From Octopus vulgaris (lineage: Eukaryota): a stretch of 64,000 bases of DNA. The notes beneath the pieces are model-generated. The model was not told where the DNA came from and ran no database searches. It was given only the letters and a program-made list of their open reading frames with translations. The stretch covers positions 49,848,001 to 49,912,000 of the forward strand of contig OX597822.1 of assembly GCA_951406725.2 (NCBI GenBank), in the 5' to 3' direction. Of the stretch, positions 1 to 11,165 are shown in pieces (the first letter of the stretch is position 1; each line of letters opens with the position of its first letter). The position numbers and the translations under genes are program-made.

Positions 1-977
1 TAACATTGTCGTGAAAGGACGCTGAATATAGGGACGTGCTAGGGAATTTTCGGCCTATAACTTTGCTAGACAGATTTTGGCCAAGGTATTAGCAAAAATG
101 TTGGTCGGGGAGGCATAAACGTGCGCAATCCCGAGCAGGTCTATCCACGACACTCTCCACCTTATGCGATACATCTTAGAGAGGACTGGGACTAAAGCTG
201 GCTTCGATGGGCCCTGATCAACTTAGATCAGTAGAAAGCTTTAGATATGGTAGACCATCTCTACTTGGAAGTCCTCTTTAAAGTAAGCCTGTTTTGTACA
301 CATATTCAGAGGTTGGATCGCTGTAATGCACAGCGGTACATACACATCGGTCAAAGTAAATGGTCACCTTTCGGAATCAGTTAGTATTGCATGTTCGGTC
401 TGTGAGGGCTGCCCGCCGTCACCTCTTCTGCTTCTGTATGTGTCGTCTCTCGAGTCACTGCTGCGAGATTTGGAACGCGGACGAAGTCACCGTCATGGTG
501 TCGGACGTCTCCAAAGCGGAGACGCTCGGCTTCATTGTAAAGAAATAAGAGTCGGTTACAAGGGCCAGGATTAACGACTTCCAGGTGGATTAGAAGTTGT
601 CCGTGAAAGTGAGTGTGGAAAGGGAGGTTATGAAAAGGTGGGTGAAAGTTGCGAAAATGGGAAGCGTGGATGATACCACTCTCAGTGTAGACATGTGAGT
701 CAGAATAAAGGAGTTGGACAGGGCACTCGCGTATTCAGGGCGATCTTGGATGGTGGGGTTCTTCGACTATCCCTCTGTATCACTGGGACTCCATCACTGT
801 GGCTTTTTTCTAGTGTCGTACACTATGTATACTTCACTTCTTCTAATGTATACAGTATATACATTAAAAAAATAATAATAATTCAACCATATGTAAAACC
901 CAAACATTATGTCTGTCTTGTTTTGTCCCCCTCATCCTTCGCTCTGGTCATAAGTAAAAGAAATCATCATCATCATC
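1..977 (+). mobile_element. Decayed L1/Tx1-clade non-LTR retrotransposon: RT fragment, deleted middle, 3' end with (ATC)n tail
   Basis: Frameshifted translation gives NFRPITLL..ILAKVLAK, CAIPSRSIHDTLHLMRYILE, LINLDQ*KALDMVDH and SVKVNGHLSES...GCPPSPLL, matching L1/Tx1 RT motifs (NWRPISLL, DQEKAFDRVDH, RQGCPLSPLL). It jumps to ORF2 C-terminal-like sequence at about 480-700 and ends in AAGAAATCATCATCATC. Confidence 0.85.
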
Positions 978-978
978 T

Positions 979-1040
<62 letters not shown>

Positions 1041-1103
1041 TAATAATAATAATAATAATAATAATAATTATTATTATTATTATATTATTATTATTATTAT
1101 TAT
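978..1103. repeat. (AAT)n abutting (TTA)n microsatellite
   Basis: Directly visible; the strand polarity switches at about 1068. Confidence 0.95.
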
Positions 1104-1236
1104 TGCCATTTTATATTTGACTTTTGCTTTACATTTGTACAAGTTGGCTCCAAGTCTCAATCAGAGACCTCGAGATACAAATTAGAAGTTCATGTTGGTG
1201 TTATGCCTTGGGTGCCACATATTTGATTTTGTACAT

Positions 1237-1240
<4 letters not shown>
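1104..1240 (-). mobile_element. Probable 3' UTR of a (TAA)n-tailed non-LTR element (R4/Dong-like)
   Basis: The minus strand reads ...GAGGTCTCTGATTGAGACTTGGAGCCAACTTGTACAAATGTAAAGCAAAAGTCAAATAT.. into (TAA)n and is flanked by TTA repeats on both sides. Family assignment is from recollection only. Confidence 0.4.
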
Positions 1241-1293
<53 letters not shown>

Positions 1294-1566
1294 GTTGTTG
1301 TTGTTGTTGTTACTATTATTATAGAAATGAATGCACAATGATTATTTTTGTATCTTGTACGAGCGTGTGTTACATTTATTGCCAAGGCACAATTTTAAGA
1401 TTAGTAATTACAAATGGTCAGATTTAAAACGAAAAAAAAATTTCTAATAAAATTGAAGTTTAAAAGGGATTAAGAAAATTAAGGAAGTTTTGAAGATGAC
1501 TCTTTCTTTGACTAAAATTCATAGTCGTAGAATCTCTTGATGAATAACGATTCTATTTTTTTCCTA

Positions 1567-1598
1567 TTTCGGCTGCAATACCCTCCAGCCTTCATCAG
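1567..1598 (-). ncRNA. Hammerhead-like motif (core and stem II intact, stem III degenerate)
   Basis: Minus strand: CTGATGA-A-GGCTG-GAGGGTATTG-CAGCC-GAAA, next to a PLE fragment. Confidence 0.5.
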
Positions 1599-1639
1599 GT
1601 GCCATAATAAGATGAATTATAATAAAATTAATATTAAGA

Positions 1640-2410
1640 ATAAAAACATAAGGAAGTAATATGGTTAATTATCCCTTATGGGATAAAATCAAAACTAACT
1701 TAATTAAAGAAATTCTGAACATAATTAAAATATCTTTTAAAATGAATAAAGAGTATTCGAAAATATTTTCAAAAACAACTATCAGAGTGGGATATTCGAC
1801 AACAAGAAACGTTAGTAATATTATATCCTCTATAAACAACGTCAAATTAAATAAATTCTATAATAACAATTAAACTAATATTAATAATAGCAACGGAAGA
1901 AATATAACAAACAAAAATATAACCTTATACTAAATAAATACACATGTAAAGATAAATCAAAATATAGGTTAATAATAATTGCAACATAGATTATGTAATT
2001 TATAAATGTGCTGCAACCTTTAAAAATAATAATAATAAGGAAAATAATATATAGGATCCGTAGGGAATGAAATCATAAGAAGAATTTCCCAGCACTATCA
2101 ATCATTTAAAATCGCAAATTAATTCGACAGGTCTAAGTAACTATATTTGGGAATTGAAATCTGAAAAAATAGAGTACACCCTGAATTGGAATAGCATTAG
2201 TAGAGCGAAGTCATATAGAATAGGTAATAAAATGTGCTTGTTATGCACTTCTGAGTTTATGAAAATTCTCCAGTCGAAAGAAGTATTACTGGACAGTACA
2301 GATGAGAGGGGAATAAAATGCCGACACAAAAATATCTTTACATATAATAAAATGAAAATATACGAAAAGATACCCCCCCACCCAGTATGTAATCTCTTAA
2401 ACAATTAATG
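1640..2410 (+). mobile_element. Penelope-like element, C-terminal linker and GIY-YIG endonuclease fragment
   Basis: W.N.P...IKTNL.K..L.II...F.....KIF.K.TIRVGYSTT; VIYKC..YIGS.....RISQH.QSFK; STGLSNYIWELK...Y.L.W..I.RAKSY..G.K.C.LC..E. Stops and frameshifts are present. Confidence 0.85.
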
Positions 2411-2559
2411 AGGAATATAATTAAATGTAGTTTTTAATAGAATTATATAAAAGTATTATATACGGATATACCTAAAGCGAAGAAAAAACGTAAAGAATAT
2501 TACCTTAAAAAGGATTAGATATGCCACATATTAAATAAGATAAATTTCTAAATCTATAA

Positions 2560-2800
2560 CACTGAAAATAATCCAATTATACCTATAGACAAGAGTATCT
2601 TATTATTATATCCCCTTATATTCAACCTCTCAAATGATATTAGTTTTTTTTTTATTAGACTTTTGTAGAGTAGTGTATTTCCCCCATATTGCGCAGGACA
2701 GAAGGTGCAGCCATTTGCACAGGTTAAAGGAGTAAACATGCAGATAAGTATTCTTCCTTTGTTAATTGTGCTAAATAGTTTCATTTACTAGTTAAAACTA
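2560..2800 (-). mobile_element. Possible second PLE GIY-YIG C-terminal remnant
   Basis: Minus-strand TCANG..FCP... and RLN end resemble PLE endonuclease C-termini; heavily decayed. Confidence 0.3.
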
Positions 2801-3060
2801 TAAATTTATAACATATTTAGAGGTTTGTTTTACTGTTTAAATATTGTTAACTTATGTTTGCCATACTAAATGGTAATATATACTAGTATAGATAGGGGTA
2901 AGTTTCACAATAAATTATTAATTCCCGTAAAGTTTATATAGATTGGCGGTTTACTTTGACGTGATTATAAAATAGTCGATGAGGGTTTCTTTATGTTTAG
3001 CACTTTCTATATATATTTCTCTGGTTCTTTTTCTCTGTCTTCTCTTCCCACGTGACCAAC

Positions 3061-3117
<57 letters not shown>

Positions 3118-3158
3118 GCATTATATATGTATATATGTATATGCATATATATGTATAT

Positions 3159-3426
3159 GCATTAGTGGTTAGAGCAGCGGACTCGCGGTCGCAGGATCGC
3201 GGTTTCGATTCCCAGACCGGGCGTTGTGAGTGTTTATTGAGCGAAAACACCTAAAAGCTCCATGATGCTCCGGCAGGGGGTGGTGATCCCTGCTGTACTC
3301 TTTCACCACTCTTTCTCCCACTCTTTCTTCTCTTGGCCTGCTCGCTTAGCCAGCGGGGTAACGTCATTCGAAGGCTAAAACAATGCGAACGCATAATAAC
3401 ATCTGATGGTCTGGTCGGTCACGTGA
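3159..3426 (+). mobile_element. tRNA-derived SINE, family C
   Basis: tRNA-like head TAGTGGTTAGAGCAGCGGACTCGCGGTCGCAGGATCGCGGTTTCGATTCCC with pol III A/B-box-like motifs, then a non-tRNA body; embedded in (TA)n. Confidence 0.8.
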
Positions 3427-3467
3427 TATATATATGGTTTAGCCTTCGAATGACGTTTCCCCGCTGG

Positions 3468-3528
<61 letters not shown>

Positions 3529-3529
3529 G

Positions 3530-3670
3530 GTATGTGTTGAGCGTCTGTGTTTGTTCCCCACCACTATCGCTTGACAACCTTGGTTGGTGTGTTTAGGTAC
3601 CCGTAACTTAGAGGTTCGGCAAAGGGGACCGATAGCACTAGTCTTACAAAGAATTAGCAATGCGGGTCGG
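3530..3670 (+). mobile_element. SINE family A, degenerate 3' half
   Basis: GTCTGTGTTTGT.CCCC..ATCGCTTGACAACC..GTAACTTAG.GGTTCGGCAAA matches the copies at 8523 and 9451. Confidence 0.75.
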
Positions 3671-3859
3671 TGAGAACGGCTTACCTCCCTTAGACCACTT
3701 CATATTCGGCAAAATAGTGGAACAGGGAACTTTGCCCTTAGTCTGCTTTTAGTTCGTATGTATGTATGAATATACATATATACTTGGAATTTGCAGAAAA
3801 AAACCAAAAACAAAAGACGAAAAGTGGAGTATAAACAACACACATACATATGCCAAAAA

Positions 3860-5170
3860 AGCAATGAAAGACTTTATGGGGCTAACACCGAAGATATCAA
3901 CCATATCATAAGCAGTTGTCCTAAAATGTCATCACAGTTATATATGCCGATGGGATGTGATGTTGTATCTGGAACTCTTTTTAATGAAATCCGTAGCAAG
4001 GATAACCCTGAGGAGAACAAAAATGAAAACTTACAATATGATAGAAGCCATAGCCACTCATAATAAAAAGGAGTACTGGTGGAATGTCTCAGTGAAAATC
4101 TCAAAATGTTAACACAATAGACCTGATTTAATGATTTGGGATGAGAAGAAAAACTGTGTACAATTGTGGAAATCAGCTGCCTAGCGGATGTTGTCATAAA
4201 ACTAAGGATCAGTGAAAGAGAAAATAGCTACGCTAACTATTGAGAAATCTGCTGTTACTGTAGCCAGAATACAAGTTCAGGTGACACATTGCCTAACTAA
4301 CAAATCTTGAGAAATTAGGTTCTCAAAACGAACAAGGAGAAAACTAATTCGAACATTACGAAATCAGTGGAGCAGTAAAAACCTGTATAAATTTCCAGAA
4401 ATTTATGATTTAAGTATATACGACTATGTCTAGATATGTAAGTGTATGCATGAGAAGACATACACAGAACAAAACATAGAAATCTGCATGTATACATACA
4501 TACATACATACATACATACATACATACATACATACATACATACATACATACATACATACATACATAGGTAGGTACAGCAGTTACCCTATACAGATTACAA
4601 GTTCAGGTTTATACCTGTAATTACTGGAGCCCTGGGATATGAAAAGCACTGACTGAAAATCAATCTTAAGAAATTAGGCTTCTCAAAGCCAGAAAGGAGA
4701 AAGCTAATTCGGAGACCACAGATCCAATCCATTACTGGAACAGTAAAAATCTGTAAAACTTTCCAGAAGCTAATTATTTAAATATATATGAGCATGTCTA
4801 GATATGCAAATATATGCATGAGAATACATACATGAAACATAAAATCTGCACAAACATTTTATACATACATGCATACATACATACATACACACATATATAC
4901 ATACATATATACATACATACATACCCTGATGTTGTTGAAATTCCAATGAAGGAAAATTGAACCTCGGTTAGAAACCGGATCTTTCTCTATTGGCAAGAAA
5001 TCTTGAAATAAAACTGAATAATGACATACATACATATATAAAAGAATACCCTGCTGATGTTGTTGGAATTCTATTGAAGGACCCTTCGATCTAGGTTAGG
5101 AACTGACTCTATCTCAATTGCCAAGAAATTTTAACATAAAACTGAATAGCGACATACATGCATATATACA
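3860..5170 (+). mobile_element. R4/Dong-like RLE non-LTR retrotransposon 3' ends in tandem, with (TACA)n tails
   Basis: RLYG.NTEDINHIISSCPKM (decayed CCHC knuckle), NRPDLMIWD..K.CTIVEISC.AD (PD-(D/E)xK restriction-like endonuclease), PVITGALG and GTVKICKTFQK. The C-terminus occurs twice (about 4250-4500 and 4585-4860) and a 110-bp trailer occurs twice (4923-5035, 5048-5165). Confidence 0.8.
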
Positions 5171-5224
5171 TACATACAGGCATGCATGATACATGTATAG
5201 CTATAAACATTAAACACCCACCTC

Positions 5225-5288
<64 letters not shown>

Positions 5289-5559
5289 CACAAAAGCACA
5301 GATACATAATTGTTTATTATGCTCATTTAGAGACCAAATTAATTTATTAAACCCAGTATTGTTGCACTTATTGATATGTCTAAATGTGGAGTAATGGTTA
5401 GATATTCCGCTCGACAACTGAGAAGATGACCTACCAATATAAAAAAGACGTCAGAACTGGAAGTAACTTTACACTAATAAACACAGAATTACTGCTAAGA
5501 AAACGAACTAGATTTGAATTTATATAGAAAATATTAATATTGGTGTTATTATAGTTCAA

Positions 5560-7800
5560 AGAATGGTTTGCGTTAATAATATCTATTATTATTTTCATTA
5601 AATGGATTTGTATTTAACAACTTATTGTTATGCGAAGAAATGATTGGTGAAAGGTTTTTAGTGTTTGAAGAACCTATCCTATTTCGGTGTGAATTCATAA
5701 TGGAATGGTATATAGATTTTTTTTTAAATTCTTACCTATAGCTTACGAAACTGGTCAGGTAGATTGGATTTGATCTACATATCATATGGAATGATCAGCC
5801 AAACCATTTTACTAAGACACACATTGTTATTAGGGTAATTATCTTTAAAAGTCCTAGACTTATTTTTATTACATATAAAGGGAAATAAAGAACGGTTATC
5901 TCCCTTACGCTGCAAACTTAAATTTTTCGATTTAGTGTTGTTATTCGACTAAAATTTATATTCTTATTACCGTTATGATGTGTGTTTATATCCTGATTAA
6001 TAAAGACATAATTAGTGTCAATAGGGTTATTTTAGGTTAGTTTTTCTTTATAGCCTGCTTTAAGTAAAGCAGAGTTATAAAATTCGGCTTTATCGTTGAA
6101 GATATTAACATTAACAGATGATCTAGAAAGTCTAAGTGAAGTATTTCTATCTAAGTCCCTTGTAATAATCTTTGGGTGATTATTGACAGGGCTAATATAT
6201 TTTAAATTAGTTGAGGGTTTATGGCGTGGGAAATATGAATCATTATATAAGTTAAGGGTAATATACAAGAAGTCGGCTTTAGTTATATCATCATCGTTTT
6301 CGATGATGATATTCAAGCCCATGTTTCGGAAAAAAAATTAACCAACCTATTTTTAACCCTTTGTAATTTTTGGTTAGAAATATTTTGAGGGCAGAGTAGA
6401 CAATCATCACGATATAAACCTCTATTGATATTTGGGAATTGGTCAGCCATCTCATAAAAGATATACATACCGGAAAAAGGCCAATTGTGCTGAGTCAGAA
6501 TTTCCCATCGTGACATCTAAACTGTCAGGCGTGTCGTTACAGCCCATAGCTTATTTTCAAATTTAATAATTGATTTTCTGGCCGCTAACACCACATTAAT
6601 TTCATCCCGGGCGAGACCTGTTTTGTTGTGTGCAAACCAGAGTGCTTCGATGAGTACTAATGATAAATAGAGAAATAGTAACTAGAAATGACGAACTAGA
6701 TAAACTTAGTGCACTTATTGTTATTAATAGAATCAAATCAGCCGACTACATGGAGCGAATTAGACTATAAATTAAGCTTTAATTCTTTTCACTAAGGAAG
6801 GAATATATTTATTTATAATATTTTTGCTAAGTACACCGATATCTGACCTAGAAGGACAAATAAGTCGTAAGGTTGGGCTATTAAAAAATTGGTTTGTGAT
6901 CTTTTAAAATAAAAGGAGTTTGTTTGGGTTCAAGAGGTTCAGTGTTCTTGCCTCAGGGTCAGCTTTCTTGATAGCATTTTTACCAGTAATCGTATAATTC
7001 TTTTGTATTTCTTTCCTCAGTAATTTTAGATAGTAATCCTTGGTAATTCTCTATATGTTGCCTGGTTTTTTTTCAGATTGAACCAATATCCCATCAGTGT
7101 TGTGAATTTCTTTGGTGATTATTTATTTCTTAATGTTGACGGATGGAATTTCTCATTCCTCACGAGAGACCAGAGATCGTCTTCAATCTGTTTGAATCTT
7201 GCGTTAGGTGGAAGATTTTTTTAGATTTAAACAATTTGCTGAAGTCAGAAGTCAGATCATTAGAAGGTTGATTAATGTCTTTGTTGTCGAAGAAGAAAGC
7301 AAGCCATCTAATACAGTTGATAAAGGAGATTGTCTTACTAATGAGTAGTTTAAGGGAAACCGTTTTGGGGGGAATGGGTATATCCTTAAGAGATGCGTTT
7401 GTATTAAATAACTCCATATGTAGTAACTATTTTATATGCAGGTTATATGAAAATCTGATTGAAGAAGTGTATATAAATGTATGAGTATTTTTCAATGGGT
7501 ACAAATAACAAGGAAAAACAAATAAATGGTTACCAGGGTGGCACAAATTTACAGAAGTGCCAAAGATATTACAACCTACTTATAAAGATAGAAATTCCAG
7601 GGTTAAATGAAAAGTTTATGAATAATATGGATAAATTAAAGAATGGAGTAAAACGCAAGTTTTATTCGGATCATTCATACTCCAACATATGTTTCGAAGA
7701 AAGCATTGGCATTGTTCTGGAGGGAATACAAATGATGGAAAACAATGCAATCATCTCGCCAGGGGAAAAAGAGAAACAGAATACATCAATAAGCTACTTT
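5560..7800 (-). mobile_element. Penelope-like element, near-complete decayed RT ORF with upstream pLTR
   Basis: SLKDIPIPPK...LISKT.SFIN.IRWLAFFF (PLE N-terminus), RLICPSRSDIG, DVTMGNSDSAQ, GLYRDDCL (RT YxDD), DFL.ITLNL...YFP.HKP...LKYI....NHPKII. Confidence 0.85.
7681..7765 (-). ncRNA. Degenerate hammerhead-like motif upstream of the PLE ORF
   Basis: Minus strand: CTGGCGA, long stem II with GCATTGTT/AACAATGC, then GAAACATATGTT (palindromic stem III ACATATGT). Confidence 0.4.
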
Positions 7801-8071
7801 AACTGAATGAGATTTCCGTGTTTTTGATGCAGGGGAACGGTAGCATGTTATTTGTTTCTAAAGCGTTAACAGATTTAACGTCAAAGGTAATTTAGAGAGA
7901 GGGAATGAGGAGAAAAATATAGTGTGATAGATGAATGGGAATACAGTTTAAAAGTGTGGAAATGAAATGTAAGGAGATAGTTAAGAGTTGAAATTTATAG
8001 ATTGGTAGAAATTACTTATAGGATCTAAAGGTATGTTTTTTGCCAATTTTTACAACGATATATATATATAT

Positions 8072-8292
8072 TACTCTTTTACTCTTTTACTTGTTTCAGT
8101 CATCTGACTGTGGCCATGCTGGAGCACCGCCTTTAATCGAGCAACTCGACCCCGGGACTTATTCTTTTGTAAGCCCAGTACTTATTCTATCGGTCTCTTT
8201 TGCCGAACCACAAAGTAACGGAGACATAAACACACCAGCATCGGTTGTCAAGCAATGCTAGGGGGACAAACACAGACACACAAACACACACA

Positions 8293-8347
<55 letters not shown>

Positions 8348-8505
8348 GACGGGCTTCTTTCAGTTTCAGTCTACCAAATCCACTCACAAGGCTTTGGTCG
8401 GCCCAAGTCTATAGTAGAAGACACTTGCCCAAGGTGCACGCAGTGAGACTGAACCCGAGACCATGTGGTTCGTAAACAAGCTACTTACCACACAGCCACT
8501 CCTGC
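8072..8505 (-). mobile_element. SINE family A, full length (tRNA-like head, CORE-like segment, central TA/CA microsatellite, TAAAAGAG tail)
   Basis: Head GCAGGAGTGGCTGTGTGGTAAGTAG..GGGTTCAGTC; CCTTGGGCAAGTG resembles the CORE domain; many homologous copies in the window. Confidence 0.9.
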
Positions 8506-8522
8506 TGTATATATATATATAT

Positions 8523-8686
8523 AGGAGTGGCTGTGTGATAAGTAGCTTGCTTACTAGCCACATGGTTCTGGGTTCAGTCCTACTGCGTGGCATCTTGGGC
8601 AAGTGTCTTCTGCTATAGGCTCAGGCCGACCAATGCCTTGTAAGTGGATTTAGTAGACGGAAACTGAAAGAAGCCTGTCGTATATA

Positions 8687-8745
<59 letters not shown>

Positions 8746-8949
8746 ATATGTTTGTGTGTCTGTGTTTGTCCCCCTAGCATTGCTTGATAATCGATGCTGG
8801 TGTGTTTAGGTCCCCGTCAAGCGGTTCGGCAAAACAGACCGATAGAATAAGTACTGGGCTTACAAAGAATAAGTCCCGGGGTCGATTTGCTCGACTAAAG
8901 GCGGTGCTTCAGCATGGCAGCAGTCAAATGACAGAAACTAGTTAAAGAG
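8523..8949 (+). mobile_element. SINE family A, full length
   Basis: Reverse-complement homologue of 8072-8505. Confidence 0.9.
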
Positions 8950-9077
8950 AGAGACAGAGAGATAGAGAGAGAGAGAGATAGAGAGTGAGAGAGATATGCC
9001 TGCACCAACAAGCGCACAACACGAAAGCACAAATATATATATTTTAATAAATATATTTGTATAAAAATATTTTTTTT

Positions 9078-9316
9078 ATTTTACTTGTTTCACTCATTTG
9101 ACTGCGGCCATGCTGGAGCACCGCCTTTAGTCGAGCAAATCGACCCTAGGTCTTACTCCATGAAAGCCCAGTACTTATTCTATCAGTCTCTTTTTGCCGA
9201 ACCGCTAGGTGACGGGGACGTAAACACACCAGCATCGGTTGTCATGCAATGCTAGGGGGACAAATAGAGACACACAAATACACACACATACACACATATA
9301 TATATATACATATATA
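9078..9316 (-). mobile_element. SINE family A, 3' half of a copy split at its central microsatellite
   Basis: Matches the 3' half of family A; the 5' half resumes at 9841. Confidence 0.85.
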
Positions 9317-9337
9317 CTATATACTACTACTACTACT

Positions 9338-9448
9338 AACGGATCCGGCACCTTTCGTGGAAGCTTTCGCCTGCTTCTTAGGATCAACTGACTCGTGCTC
9401 GACCGCCGTTGGCACGGAACCCTTCTCCACATCGGTCTTCGAAGGTCT
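9338..9448 (-). pseudogene. 28S (LSU) rRNA fragment, retrocopy
   Basis: Minus strand TTCGAAGACCGATGTGGAGAAGGGTTCCGTGCCAACGGCGGTCGAGCACGAGTCAGTTGATCCTAAG aligns to conserved LSU TTTGAAGGCCGAAGTGGAGAAGGGTTCCATGTGAACAGCAGTTGAACATGGGTCAGTCGGTCCT; followed by about five TAG repeats. Confidence 0.85.
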
Positions 9449-9450
9449 GA

Positions 9451-9594
9451 GTAAGTAGCTTGCTAACCAACCACATGGTTCCGGGTTCAGTCCCACTGCG
9501 TGGCATCTTGGGCAAGTGTCTTTTGCTTTAGCCCCGGGCCGACCAATGCCTTGTGAGTGGATTTGGTAGACGGAAACTGAAAGAAGCCTGTCGC

Positions 9595-9626
<32 letters not shown>

Positions 9627-9840
9627 ATGTGTTTGTGTGTCTGTATTTGTCCCCCTAGCATTGCTTGACAACCGATGCTGGTGCGTTTACGTCCCCGTCA
9701 CTTAGCGGTTCGGCAAAACAGACCGATAGAATAAGTACTGGGCTTACAAAGAATAAGTCCCGGGGTCGATTTGCTCTACCAAAGGCGGTGCTCCAGCATG
9801 GCCGCAGTCAAATGACTGAAACAAGTAAAAGAGTAAAGAG
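9451..9840 (+). mobile_element. SINE family A, 5'-truncated by about 20 nt
   Basis: Starts GTAAGTAGCTTGC and ends GAAACAAGTAAAAGAGTAAAGAG. Confidence 0.9.
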
Positions 9841-10006
9841 TATACGACAGGCTTCTTTCAGTTTCCGTTTACCAAATCCACTCACAAGGCATTGGTCGGC
9901 CCGGGGCTATAGCAGAAAACACTTGCCCAAGATGCCACGCAGTTGGACTGAACCCGGAACCATGTGGTTCGTAAGCTGCGACTTACCACACAGCCACTCC
10001 TGCGCC
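9841..10006 (-). mobile_element. SINE family A, 5' half of the split copy
   Basis: TATACGACAGGCTTCTTTCAG...CACAGCCACTCCTGCGCC on the plus strand. Confidence 0.85.
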
Positions 10007-10196
10007 TATATGTATAATAACCCTACTTTATGGAAGCGTACACAATGAAATTTATACATACATTCATACATAGACAGACATAGACTCTTACAGACAGGCT
10101 TATATATATATATATGTGTCTCTGTGTGTGTATGTATGTATGCATGTATATATATGTGTGTGTGTGTGTGTATGTGTGTATGTATGTGTGTATGTG

Positions 10197-10267
<71 letters not shown>

Positions 10268-11165
10268 TTACATACATACAGGCATACATATGACCCAGCA
10301 TACATAGACACCCGTATGTACACACGCACAAATGTAGTTATTGTTGACAATTTTCCTAGGCTGCCTGCCCTCCTCCACTCTCTAAACAGTTGTTTCTACT
10401 TTTATACAATTTTACATACACAGAATTTATTGTACATTACATTTTATTTCTTATCTACAGAGACTCAGAAACATATGTATTCGTGAAAGCAGCACTAAAT
10501 ATAGGTTCTAAGGAATTTCATTAAGAGAAATTGTTGTACAATGCAAGGGAAGTTTACAATGAATTCAACGGACAGTCGTAAACACATGGTATTTATCACT
10601 GTAGGATAATGTCAAGTGCAGATACCAAACACAATAACTGTTATATCCTTGAATAAAATCCGGTTCCATGACTTGGAACGATATTATACTACCATACATG
10701 TACCAATGATTGATACTACTGGAGTAACAATTGATTTTTCTTTTATCTTAAAACTTTAAAACTTAAGTTGTTTTGGTGTTTCAAAAGTATTTTGCCATAA
10801 ATATTCAGTGTTATTATGTGTGCAGTAAATATACTTTATTTTACACAGAGAGCTGCGATAGCGTCATATATAATCTGCATTTAGCTTTTAATACCTGATT
10901 TCCTTATTGAAGTTGTTCGCCTTAAGCAGTAGTTTAGCAAAGCCATTCGATGAAGAATCAAATGGTTTTCGTCCCTTATGGTGGTTACGTTGAAAATCAC
11001 GATTGATCACTCACTTTTCTGATCGTAAAATGGAATTGAAACAGTTTATTCTTAAATGAATATGTCACGTGAACATTTTCTGCTTATGGTACTAATTTCT
11101 ACCACATGCATAAAAACTGAGTTGTTGAGGAGCATCGTCGATTATATCAATCCCATCACTTCGTT

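Noticed and set aside
3159-3225. tRNA gene
   Set aside because: No complete acceptor stem or terminator; it continues into a SINE body.
7477-7806. 109-aa plus-strand ORF
   Set aside because: No recognisable motif; it is antisense to the 5' region of a PLE.
9338-9448. Functional rDNA unit
   Set aside because: Only about 110 bp of 28S with no flanking rDNA.
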